DNA of 39,981 nucleotides from a virus (Duplodnaviria > Heunggongvirae > Uroviricota > Caudoviricetes): IMG/VR virus record IMGVR_UViG_3300013307_000673. One strand, written 5' to 3'. The first letter of the stretch is position 1. The number at the start of each line of letters is the position of its first letter. The notes beneath the pieces are model-generated. The model saw only the letters and a list, made by a program, of their open reading frames with translations. It ran no database searches and was not told the origin of the DNA. Position numbers and translations under genes: made by a program. Below, one piece after another: positions 26,015-34,634 of this stretch.

Positions 26015-26056
26015 AAAAGAAGTATAGCAAACCTCCTTTTTACATGCAAGCACTTT

Positions 26057-26782
26057 TTAATTAAAACTGATAGTTTCTTTCCAGTCACTCGGCGCACCCT
26101 GCTGCTCGTTTCTTACGGAGAAAGCAGTCACGGTATCTACATTATACACCTTTTGCAGGGCATTAGAAACATACTGCTCTAAAGACTGATTAGGATCTTT
26201 TTGGGCAGAAAGTAGAGCGTTCTCAGCAAAATCTTCTGTAATATCTGATTTTTCCTCAATACTTCTAAGCGTATTGTAGAGTGTCGCAACGAAAATTGGA
26301 ATAAAGAATTTCGTGTTTTCTTCATTGACAACATTAAACAGAATATCTAACTTTGAATGCGCTGTTAAAGACTCAATAATCTCCTTAGCACGGTTAACAA
26401 TCGTATCACTGATACGGTATTTATGCATAATTTCGAACTCATCAGTATCTAATGGATAGCCATTAAAATAATAAAGAGGGAAACCGCTTTCCATATCCAC
26501 ATCTACTTCTTGCTCATTTTCATCTTCATCCAGAAAATAGATTTTTTCACAGCGTGTTATGATCCCTTTATCTTCCAACGTTTCCGCATTCTCGCCAGTA
26601 TTAAGAATAAAATAGGAAATCTGACCCGCCCACATATCCACACCATCTTCATAAAAATCCTTGAAGACATGATCACGATTACTGGTTTCAAAATGAATAC
26701 CGTTAGCTTTCATCTTATTAAAGGCTAACAGTTGGATAACTGAAGACAACATCATACTTTCTGCGTTTTTATTCGTATTCAT
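26057..26782 (-). CDS. hypothetical acidic protein
   Basis: 241 aa ORF; TTGACT..TAAAAT promoter upstream. Confidence 0.8.
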   Translation of the reverse strand: MNTNKNAESMMLSSVIQLLAFNKMKANGIHFETSNRDHVFKDFYEDGVDMWAGQISYFILNTGENAETLEDKGIITRCEKIYFLDEDENEQEVDVDMESGFPLYYFNGYPLDTDEFEIMHKYRISDTIVNRAKEIIESLTAHSKLDILFNVVNEENTKFFIPIFVATLYNTLRSIEEKSDITEDFAENALLSAQKDPNQSLEQYVSNALQKVYNVDTVTAFSVRNEQQGAPSDWKETISFN

Positions 26783-26937
26783 TTTTTCTCTCTTAGAGTG
26801 TGATTGTAGATGCTCATTTTACCGACTTCTGTTTTAAGAGTCAATGTAAATCTCTATCCGTTTGACCATCTATGACCAGATAGCATAATCAGCTTAAAAA
26901 CAAAAACCGCCTTTAGGCGGCTTTCATTTTCAATGGA

Positions 26938-27399
26938 TTATCGGTATTTCTTTAACTCTTTCTCAATGTCTTCGAGTTTACCACGATAGACATCTATACG
27001 TTCAACTTTATACTTCCGATGATATTCATTGAACAGCACCGGGTCTGGATATTTATTCTTATCAGCTTCAGTTTTCAACGCATGGGGAGATTCTTTATCA
27101 TACATCGACCAAAGCTGCCAGCTTGTTGTATTAACATCAATCAGAATATCTCTAATACATTGCCAGTTAGCAGGGGTTGGATCATTGTAAAAACATAAAA
27201 AAACCTCTCTGACAAACTTAGGATGTGGCTCGCCAAAGCCATTACACATACCACTGAAAAGGGAATCAGTGCTATTGGCGTTGCTTACCTCGCAACCTTT
27301 GATAATACCCCTGTAATAGTTAGCCGCATCTACATAACGTTGATACTGACTGTCTTTCGCCTGTCTTCTTTTAGGAAACTCAATTACATTATCGACCAT
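26938..27399 (-). CDS. hypothetical protein
   Basis: GAGG RBS; terminator downstream. Confidence 0.8.
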   Translation of the reverse strand: MVDNVIEFPKRRQAKDSQYQRYVDAANYYRGIIKGCEVSNANSTDSLFSGMCNGFGEPHPKFVREVFLCFYNDPTPANWQCIRDILIDVNTTSWQLWSMYDKESPHALKTEADKNKYPDPVLFNEYHRKYKVERIDVYRGKLEDIEKELKKYR

Positions 27400-27425
27400 A
27401 ACCGCCTCTTTCTTAGTAATACTGT

Positions 27426-27917
27426 TTAAATCTCAAGATCTAACTGAACAGGACGCCCCGTGCATTTATCAATATAGGCCTTAAAAATATCTGGTGTAAT
27501 CGGATCACCTTCTTTAGGACGAGGAATGCTTTGCCACACAACATTACTTAATTGTGTTCCCGTATATTTATCGTGTGTTTCAAGCACCTTATCAATCAGC
27601 TTTATTGCCTCATCATCATTCTCATTAACGCGCGTTGTCATGATATAACGACCTCGCTGAAACGTTGATAGATTCTTAACCAAATGCTCACTGTTTTGAA
27701 GCTTGATAAGATGATGCAGGCTTGGAATCACCGGGCCATGAGGCCACATGGAAAAAATATCCTGAATCAGGCTATAGCCATAGATATCACGATGCCATGC
27801 CTCAATAATAAAAAGAAGCCGCTGCATTTTCATATTGCTAAGGCCATGAACGCGCCCTTGCTTAGCCCTGTCTATGATAAAGTTGGCTACACTATTTGCC
27901 TGATATCCTGAACTCAT
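27426..27917 (-). CDS. Panacea domain (SocA/DUF4065) antitoxin-like protein
   Basis: ANSVANFII, LSNMKMQRLLF, WPHGPVIPSL, LIDKVL..H.KYTGTQLS. Confidence 0.85.
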   Translation of the reverse strand: MSSGYQANSVANFIIDRAKQGRVHGLSNMKMQRLLFIIEAWHRDIYGYSLIQDIFSMWPHGPVIPSLHHLIKLQNSEHLVKNLSTFQRGRYIMTTRVNENDDEAIKLIDKVLETHDKYTGTQLSNVVWQSIPRPKEGDPITPDIFKAYIDKCTGRPVQLDLEI

Positions 27918-27918
27918 T

Positions 27919-28377
27919 TTACCATTTCCCCTCTTTAATCATTTGCTCAGCAATGTCGTCTTTACAGATCCACATATCGCCTTGATTAGTCTTTACCTTT
28001 ATTTTCTCATTTTCCATAAAGCGCTTGTAAAGCGACTCTTTTTTACCATTGATAAAAAATAAACTGATGATAAAAATGAATAATGAGAACAAAAAACCGC
28101 TTTGCCAGTGATGTGAAAATAGAGCCAGCACCGCAAAAAGAACACAACTAACGAAGACCGATAAGGCTACTTGTCTTGCCTGAGAGTTGAATAGCGATGA
28201 AAAAGCCGCCTGAGCCAGAGAGCCACAACGATAAATATCCTCTGCGCCTTTGCCAAAGTTGTAAAATTTAGAGAAATACAAAGAGATTTCTTTTTTCGCC
28301 ATATCAAAAGACATAATATCAACCTTATCTTTTAACTTTAGCGCCTGCTGTGTCATTTCAGCTATCGTTTCTCTCAT
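27919..28377 (-). CDS. two-TM membrane protein
   Basis: two hydrophobic helices; GGAGG RBS; abuts Panacea gene. Confidence 0.8.
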   Translation of the reverse strand: MRETIAEMTQQALKLKDKVDIMSFDMAKKEISLYFSKFYNFGKGAEDIYRCGSLAQAAFSSLFNSQARQVALSVFVSCVLFAVLALFSHHWQSGFLFSLFIFIISLFFINGKKESLYKRFMENEKIKVKTNQGDMWICKDDIAEQMIKEGKW

Positions 28378-28478
28378 AAACCCTCCAAACTCCCGCCATA
28401 ATGACCATCATAACAAAAACTATAATGTAATACAAAAGATAAAGACCGCAGAGCGGCCTTTATTACGCGATTTTACAA

Positions 28479-28973
28479 TTAAAGATCAGAGAAACGCGCT
28501 TCCACTATTAGCGTGGTATTCTCAGAATATTCCTTTTCGTCAAAAATCTCCCATTTCTCAGCTTCATCAAGCTCTTCCTCGTCATCTTTTGAAGGAAAAA
28601 GAGTTTTCATAATATCAGTTACTTCAAACATATCATTGATCATAATATTATCATCATCGTCATCAATGTGCTGAAGTCCTAACTCGTCAGCAAAATCCAT
28701 GTCTTCACGCTTTTCTTTCAATAACTTGAGGAATTTATTGAAAGTCGAGTAATCGGCTTTATCCACGCCATCAAACTCATTTTCTTCATCGCAAAAAATC
28801 TCATAAGCGTCATTGATACGCTCATCCGTCACAGCCAGACTGTATTTAAAAATATTCAATAGCACTTCTTTAACATCACCATCTTCCATTTCCTTAACAT
28901 CCGCAAGCTTGATGAATCCAGCATCATAGAAGCCTGAGTGAGTTAAGTGAATCAAAATACGCTTATAGGCCAT
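28479..28973 (-). CDS. highly acidic hypothetical protein
   Basis: many D/E runs; GAGGA RBS. Confidence 0.8.
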   Translation of the reverse strand: MAYKRILIHLTHSGFYDAGFIKLADVKEMEDGDVKEVLLNIFKYSLAVTDERINDAYEIFCDEENEFDGVDKADYSTFNKFLKLLKEKREDMDFADELGLQHIDDDDDNIMINDMFEVTDIMKTLFPSKDDEEELDEAEKWEIFDEKEYSENTTLIVEARFSDL

Positions 28974-28992
28974 ATAGCAAATCCTCTTTTTG

Positions 28993-29787
28993 TTATTCAA
29001 TAAACCGGATGAAATCTTCTGATGGCACAGATTCTACTTTTCTTCCGTACTTTTCCACCAGGTAGTTAATTACTAAATCAGAATCGATTTTCTGCTTATT
29101 ATCTGTCGAGCCAAATACAGACATAATCTCAGAAACCATGTTTTGATCTACAATCAGGAACTCCCGAATATTAGGAATACTATTATAAGCATTGTTCATT
29201 TCTTTAGGCATGTCTAATGTAAAAACACCGCCTAAAAGATTTAGAAAAAAGAAAAGCTTCAGATTAGGAATTTCATTCTCATCCAGATGATTCGAGTTTT
29301 CCGATACCCGCAGATAGATATCCTTTAACGTCTCTTTAAGAGACATTCCTTGCTTAACCGCATGATGAACGCCGACAACATTCAGGCCCAACCCTAAAGA
29401 TTTAGAGGCCATCATATAGGTGTTCGCATCTTTCATCAAATCAAAGTAAACAACAGCTTTTTTTGAATGCATGAGTTCAGAAGTAATATTCAGCAAACTT
29501 TTAAAATCATGCTCAAACTCGATAAGTTTGTTGACATGCTGAGAGAAATGATAGTTGTCAACAATAAGCTCATCACTTTTTAAAATACCTACTCGCATAT
29601 GATGCTTAGCCGCCATGTGGCACACCAACATATTCGCAAAACTTATGCGCTTTGTTCCCGGAAAGCCTGACACAAAATACATACCATGCGCAAGTGATTT
29701 AATTCGATTATCTATCAGTTGAATATCTTCAATATTGAGCCGTGTAGCATTGGGATCATAAAGTGAAGAAATAGTTTGTTTATCCAT
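28993..29787 (-). CDS. degenerate P-loop ATPase, possibly PilT/DotB-like
   Basis: GMYFVSGFPGTKRIS (broken Walker A), GLNVVGVHHA, IREFL. Confidence 0.5.
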   Translation of the reverse strand: MDKQTISSLYDPNATRLNIEDIQLIDNRIKSLAHGMYFVSGFPGTKRISFANMLVCHMAAKHHMRVGILKSDELIVDNYHFSQHVNKLIEFEHDFKSLLNITSELMHSKKAVVYFDLMKDANTYMMASKSLGLGLNVVGVHHAVKQGMSLKETLKDIYLRVSENSNHLDENEIPNLKLFFFLNLLGGVFTLDMPKEMNNAYNSIPNIREFLIVDQNMVSEIMSVFGSTDNKQKIDSDLVINYLVEKYGRKVESVPSEDFIRFIE

Positions 29788-29884
29788 ACGAAAGCCTCTT
29801 ATTGGTTTTTATCATATTATCACAAAAGCAGGTTTAAAAACAAACAAAAAATGCCCCGTAGGGCATTTTATTAATCACGTTTTA

Positions 29885-30391
29885 TTAGGCTGCCATCAGT
29901 TCATAATAGAACTCATAAAACGATGAAAACGTCGTATCCATAAGCACGGGTTTGCGATTTTTCATTTCATAGAGATGGAAGCTGTGCGCATTTTGCTTGA
30001 TCATAAACCAATCACCATTTTGCAGTGTGGCAGATTCCTGAATTTGCGTTTTACCGTCTTCATTCAAAAAGAAATACTTGCCACGAAACTCAGATTGATG
30101 CTCTACCATTTCACACAGAGACTCCACAAGCTCCCATCCAAAACATGGAGTGGCATAATGATGCGTTGCGCGAGCCTTATTGAGATCACTTACCACTGAC
30201 GCAAGAGAAACACGCTGATTTGCTACCATGATGTCTTTGTTCTTATCACGCAGCTCATCCAACAGACCTGCAACGGTTGCCCATGAAAAACAAGCGCCAT
30301 TACATGTTTGCTTGGCTTTCTCAACTTGAGCTTTAATATCTGAAATACGAACAAGGACTGAGGCGATCATAACTAAAGTATTTTCTTTCAT
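29885..30391 (-). CDS. hypothetical protein with duplicated CFxW helix motif
   Basis: ACFSWATVAGLLDEL / PCFGWELVESLCEM. Confidence 0.8.
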   Translation of the reverse strand: MKENTLVMIASVLVRISDIKAQVEKAKQTCNGACFSWATVAGLLDELRDKNKDIMVANQRVSLASVVSDLNKARATHHYATPCFGWELVESLCEMVEHQSEFRGKYFFLNEDGKTQIQESATLQNGDWFMIKQNAHSFHLYEMKNRKPVLMDTTFSSFYEFYYELMAA

Positions 30392-30463
30392 TGTGCGCTC
30401 CATAAGGGATGTTTATGAGTCTCTTAAGACGTGTTCTCCCGCCTAAGAGGTTTTAATGGAGCG

Positions 30464-30492
30464 ATTATAGCGACTCAAAACATTATGCACAA
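30464..30492 (-). promoter_or_regulatory. sigma70 promoter, TTGTGCAT family
   Basis: TTGTGC-N17-TATAAT. Confidence 0.8.
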
Positions 30493-30500
30493 GCACTTTT

Positions 30501-31052
30501 TTAAGCTTTACAAAATTTCTTCATCCTGACACCATCAAATAGAAAGTGATGATTATAAAGGAAGGTTTCTATATGCTTTCCATCACCTTTATGCGCCTCT
30601 ACTTCTTTCCCAAACATCTTACTTAATGAGCTTGAGCGATTATACTCGATCATATCAACATGGTTGTTTCGGTTAGTAATGATAGCCATGAAACCAGCAG
30701 AAGCTATGTCTTTTTCATTGAAAAAGTCAGGATCGATAAAATCAGAATGATTGTAGAGGGTGTTAAAAAACAGAAATGAACCACTGGAAAAACGAATATA
30801 CTTAAAGCCTTCTTGTCGAACGAGACATAAATCCGATAAAAAATCACCCTCATAGTCAGTTTTACCGTGAAGCGTGAAGTTATTCACATCACTCAGAAGA
30901 CTTTCTTTTACACCGTTTGTTTCAAGACAAAATCTATCGAGCTTTATTCCTTCAAAGGACAGATAAGCGTTGAGTTTTTTAAAAATAATCTCATCTGAGA
31001 TAAAAACCAATCCTTTATTTTTAAAAAGATTAACCACTTTAAACATACGCAC
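30501..31052 (-). CDS. hypothetical protein
   Basis: 183 aa ORF. Confidence 0.7.
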   Translation of the reverse strand: MRMFKVVNLFKNKGLVFISDEIIFKKLNAYLSFEGIKLDRFCLETNGVKESLLSDVNNFTLHGKTDYEGDFLSDLCLVRQEGFKYIRFSSGSFLFFNTLYNHSDFIDPDFFNEKDIASAGFMAIITNRNNHVDMIEYNRSSSLSKMFGKEVEAHKGDGKHIETFLYNHHFLFDGVRMKKFCKA

Positions 31053-31154
31053 CTCTTATTGATTACCATAGCTTAAAATATCATCATAAATCTTAACAAA
31101 GGAAAAAGCAAAACAAAAAGACACCGCTGGGTGCCTTTTTCTTATTAAAAATAC

Positions 31155-31397
31155 TTATATCTTCTCATCATGCTCTATTGCCATGAGAATACTGAGTATA
31201 ATGGATAACGTAAAAAAGACACTTAAAACCATTTGAGAGAAAAGGTTCCATTCAGCCAGACTGAACGTTCGATTAAGGAGTAAACCTATAGTGTAAAAAA
31301 TCGCACCAGATAGCACAATTTTCATCACAGCAATAAAGAATAAAGCCACAATATTTTCTTTGGAAAAATCTTTCAACTGAATAGAGAAATCGCTCAT
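31155..31397 (-). CDS. small two-TM membrane protein
   Basis: two hydrophobic helices. Confidence 0.7.
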   Translation of the reverse strand: MSDFSIQLKDFSKENIVALFFIAVMKIVLSGAIFYTIGLLLNRTFSLAEWNLFSQMVLSVFFTLSIILSILMAIEHDEKI

Positions 31398-31554
31398 TCT
31401 TGTCGCCTTTTTATCACATTTAGGACCACTATTTTATCAAAATCCTTGATTGCGATCAATATTTTTATCTTTTCAAAAATAAAAGTTTAGCTGTTTTTTC
31501 AGTCTGATTTTTGCTATAATTCCCTCATTGAAAACATCTGTTAAATGAGGCTAT

Positions 31555-31851
31555 ATGAAAAATATTTTTACGTCAGTTACGGTATTCCATGCATCGACAT
31601 TTGATTTTGAAAGGATGTTTTCCGAGGCCTATGGAATCACATCTTTGGAGATCACTGAACTCAATAATGATACATCTTATGAGTTTAACAACATCAAACG
31701 AGAACCGCTCGACGAATATGAGCAAAATACATTTAATGACATCATTAAAACGGGTATTTGTGAAGAATACCAGGTTCGCTTGCTTCTGCGTGCTCTGTGT
31801 AACGATAAGAAAATCCCGGAAGGAAACTACATTCTTCGTAGCTCTTGGTAA
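31555..31851 (+). CDS. hypothetical protein
   Basis: GAGG RBS, TGCTATAAT promoter, IPEGNY..SW C-terminus. Confidence 0.8.
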   Translation: MKNIFTSVTVFHASTFDFERMFSEAYGITSLEITELNNDTSYEFNNIKREPLDEYEQNTFNDIIKTGICEEYQVRLLLRALCNDKKIPEGNYILRSSW

Positions 31852-31886
31852 TAAAAAAGGGGAGCAAGCTCCCCTTTAGTTATATC

Positions 31887-32519
31887 TTAGTAAAACTTAT
31901 ACATTATAAAGGCATTTGCCCCAACATTACAGGCCGCTGTGACGCTTGCAACATTCAAAGCTGTCTCACCGTCTCCAAGCTTATTGATTCCGAAGACTAC
32001 ACCTCTGTTGCTACCGTTTCTTACTATTCCGTAAGTATCACCCGCGACCTCACTACCCACAACAACCTGCTCAAATCCTGTTGCTGTTTCCATCACAAGT
32101 TTGGCACATTCATCTCTCGGAACATGGTTGTATTGAATGACAAAAGCTGAAGCGTTTGCAATGTCATATGTTCCTGTGTAAACATCTCCACCCCATGTGT
32201 TTCTTATTTTATTACCACCTAGAATCATATTCTCAGGAACTACTTTAGCATTAATTAATACGCTATTTAATGAATATGAGTTAGGCATAGAACCTATCGT
32301 TGATGAATATAAAGATGATATTTCGGCTTTTAATGTGCTGATATTACTTGCTTCTATTTTTACGTTTCTATACGCTTGAACTTTAGGGTAAACAATAAAT
32401 GCTGCTACGATTAGTCCTGCTATAATACCTAATGTTAACAGTAGCTCAAGTAAACTGAACCCTTTCCTACTTCTCCTGATCATGATACTATCCTTAACTA
32501 AACATTTCTTAAAAGACAT
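31887..32519 (-). CDS. pilS: type IV (IVb, PilS-like) prepilin
   Basis: KG|FSLLELLLTLGIIA cleavage motif with E5; NTWGG and VPRDEC PilS-type motifs; C-terminal Cys. Confidence 0.85.
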   Translation of the reverse strand: MSFKKCLVKDSIMIRRSRKGFSLLELLLTLGIIAGLIVAAFIVYPKVQAYRNVKIEASNISTLKAEISSLYSSTIGSMPNSYSLNSVLINAKVVPENMILGGNKIRNTWGGDVYTGTYDIANASAFVIQYNHVPRDECAKLVMETATGFEQVVVGSEVAGDTYGIVRNGSNRGVVFGINKLGDGETALNVASVTAACNVGANAFIMYKFY

Positions 32520-32710
32520 TGTATGGCTTTAGTTAAAGATGGCAACCCAACCCCATTGTTTCTAACTATAATAAAGATGAACGGATTACCTATTTTATTA
32601 TATTACACTATAATCTGTTATATAATAATAGATCATTAGGTATTTAAAAACGCAATCTCCTGATATGAAGCATAAAAAAAGCCCCGAAGGGCTTTTTGGC
32701 ATTTAAAAAC

Positions 32711-33241
32711 TTAGGATTTAACTTTTCTGAATGAAACCACGTCTTCTTCTTTTTTCTGGACCACTTCATACTCAACAAACTCAGTCCAGTCGCTATTGCC
32801 AATAAGCGTTCTTTTCAGCAAAACACCTTCAATATCGTATACCGTTTCCAGATAGTTGGCTTTGTTAGCTGACTTCCAATCACCATCGTAAACAGGCGTT
32901 AGTGAAGTTTCGTCGTATCGATCAAAATGAGCCGCTTTCAGAGCTTGCGCTTTTTCTTCTTGACCAGGAATAGCGGGATAAGAAACAACATGGGTTGTTG
33001 ATTTCTCTACCAGCTCATAAGTTGGCTTACTATACTGGTAATCACTGTGATACTCACCTGCACGACTCAGGCGAACCTCAAGAAAAAGATTGCTGTCGGG
33101 GATAGAGTAAATCTCTTTTTTATACTCAGCCTTACGCGCAAGCTCCCATTCACCCTCATGAATCTTATCAAGAGAGACTGTGACCTCAGATTTATCAGCA
33201 TTTACCACAACATGGTTTTTTACCAGCTCTTTAATATTCAT
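32711..33241 (-). CDS. hypothetical protein with internal duplication
   Basis: IHEGEWELARKAEYKKEIYSI / VYDGDWKSANKANYLETVYDI; GGAGG RBS. Confidence 0.8.
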   Translation of the reverse strand: MNIKELVKNHVVVNADKSEVTVSLDKIHEGEWELARKAEYKKEIYSIPDSNLFLEVRLSRAGEYHSDYQYSKPTYELVEKSTTHVVSYPAIPGQEEKAQALKAAHFDRYDETSLTPVYDGDWKSANKANYLETVYDIEGVLLKRTLIGNSDWTEFVEYEVVQKKEEDVVSFRKVKS

Positions 33242-33396
33242 CAAGATTCCTCCAGTTAAGATACAGTCATTATAGCAAAAAACTATCATGAAGTCACGAG
33301 AAATGTTCAAAACGAGTTGAGATTAAACCCTTTCAATACAATCACTTAAAAATATTTTAATCTTTTAAAAGCAATAAAAAAAGCCCCCGAAGGAGC

Positions 33397-33672
33397 TTAG
33401 TGTAGAACTTTAATTTTACACATCACGTTGATTAAAATGAGTGTATCTCCGCTTTTCATATCCGTAAACTCAAGCTGACCATCGATATAAGTGTAGGATT
33501 TAACGTAATACTTATCTGCTGTAGAACCATCCATATCTTCATCAGCGCAGCTTAAATAATATTTAGCACCTGCCTGAATATAGTTTTCTTCACTTGCAAG
33601 CGCCATGTTATCACATGAAGACAACATTAAGCATGATAGAGCCAAAAGGCCCACTTTTAACATTTTATTCAT
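33397..33672 (-). CDS. lipoprotein, two-cysteine family B
   Basis: lipobox LSSC-DN; YLSC...FTDMKSG...MC. Confidence 0.8.
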   Translation of the reverse strand: MNKMLKVGLLALSCLMLSSCDNMALASEENYIQAGAKYYLSCADEDMDGSTADKYYVKSYTYIDGQLEFTDMKSGDTLILINVMCKIKVLH

Positions 33673-33938
33673 TTAAACTCCTCTGGATTGAGATAATCTC
33701 TGCCGGACAACACATCAATGGCTTTTCTGATAGAAATATCATTTTCAAAAACGCCATTATCATAATAAAAGCGAACCTGATCGCGAACCGCTTTGTGGAG
33801 CTTTTTCACATCATCATAAGGACCATCATAGGTATGAGCAACGCCTACATTTTCAATTTTAGCCTCATAATCCACTACCCAAAGACGCGCCATCATAACA
33901 TATTTAGACAGCTTCATTTTTTCTTTAACGTCCGACAT
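33669..33938 (-). CDS. hypothetical protein
   Basis: GAGG RBS; ATGA overlap. Confidence 0.75.
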   Translation of the reverse strand: MSDVKEKMKLSKYVMMARLWVVDYEAKIENVGVAHTYDGPYDDVKKLHKAVRDQVRFYYDNGVFENDISIRKAIDVLSGRDYLNPEEFK

Positions 33939-34129
33939 ATTAGCCTCTTAAGCCTGTTAGAAAGTGAGAATGAAATATTATCATATTGTCTCATGCTGCA
34001 CAATCTTTTTTTCGGTTAACATTTTCTTTAATCGCTTATATTTACTTGATAAGCTAGACAATACTGATATTGATTCAAATGAAAAACTGATGTGAATAAG
34101 GCTCATCCAAGAGCCTTATGATGAGAGGT

Positions 34130-34483
34130 TTATGCGTTAATAGCTTTATCGCTGTAGAAAATGCCATAGTTAGTCGTCGAAAGATGGCTTTCTGGAGTGG
34201 TGCTCATTCCGCCCTGTTTATAAAAATAGCGGATATACACATTCAGTTGCTCAATCGCTTCCTCTACTGCTGTCAGCATTTTTTCTGACACTTGTTTATC
34301 TTTGGCGACATGACCTTTAAACATAGCATGAGCCACAACATCGAGAAAGTAGCTCAAAAGGTTTTGATTTTCTTTAGGCTCAAAGGGCTTGTTGTAGACA
34401 GCAATCGAAGCAATAAGCTTAGATTTTAACGCATTAAGTTCGGCCATTTTTTCTTTAGCCATAACCAGATTTACTGTTGTCAT
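34130..34483 (-). CDS. hypothetical protein
   Basis: GAGG RBS; own promoter. Confidence 0.75.
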   Translation of the reverse strand: MTTVNLVMAKEKMAELNALKSKLIASIAVYNKPFEPKENQNLLSYFLDVVAHAMFKGHVAKDKQVSEKMLTAVEEAIEQLNVYIRYFYKQGGMSTTPESHLSTTNYGIFYSDKAINA

Positions 34484-34513
34484 CACAAAACCTCTTTCGT
34501 TTAAGTTGCGCCT

Positions 34514-34542
34514 ATTATAGCTAAAGCTTTTCCTATGCACAA
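34514..34542 (-). promoter_or_regulatory. sigma70 promoter, TTGTGCAT family
   Basis: TTGTGC-N17-TATAAT. Confidence 0.8.
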
Positions 34543-34634
34543 GTGATTTTTACGTCTTTATTGTCTTTATTTTTGTTGAACTTGATAGGCCATTTTGCTA
34601 TACTTCCCGCATCATATATAAAGAGAGACATAAA

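Noticed and set aside
25813-26064. 83 aa plus-strand ORF
   Set aside because: TTG start, no convincing RBS, antisense to a promoter-terminator unit that is better explained as structured RNA
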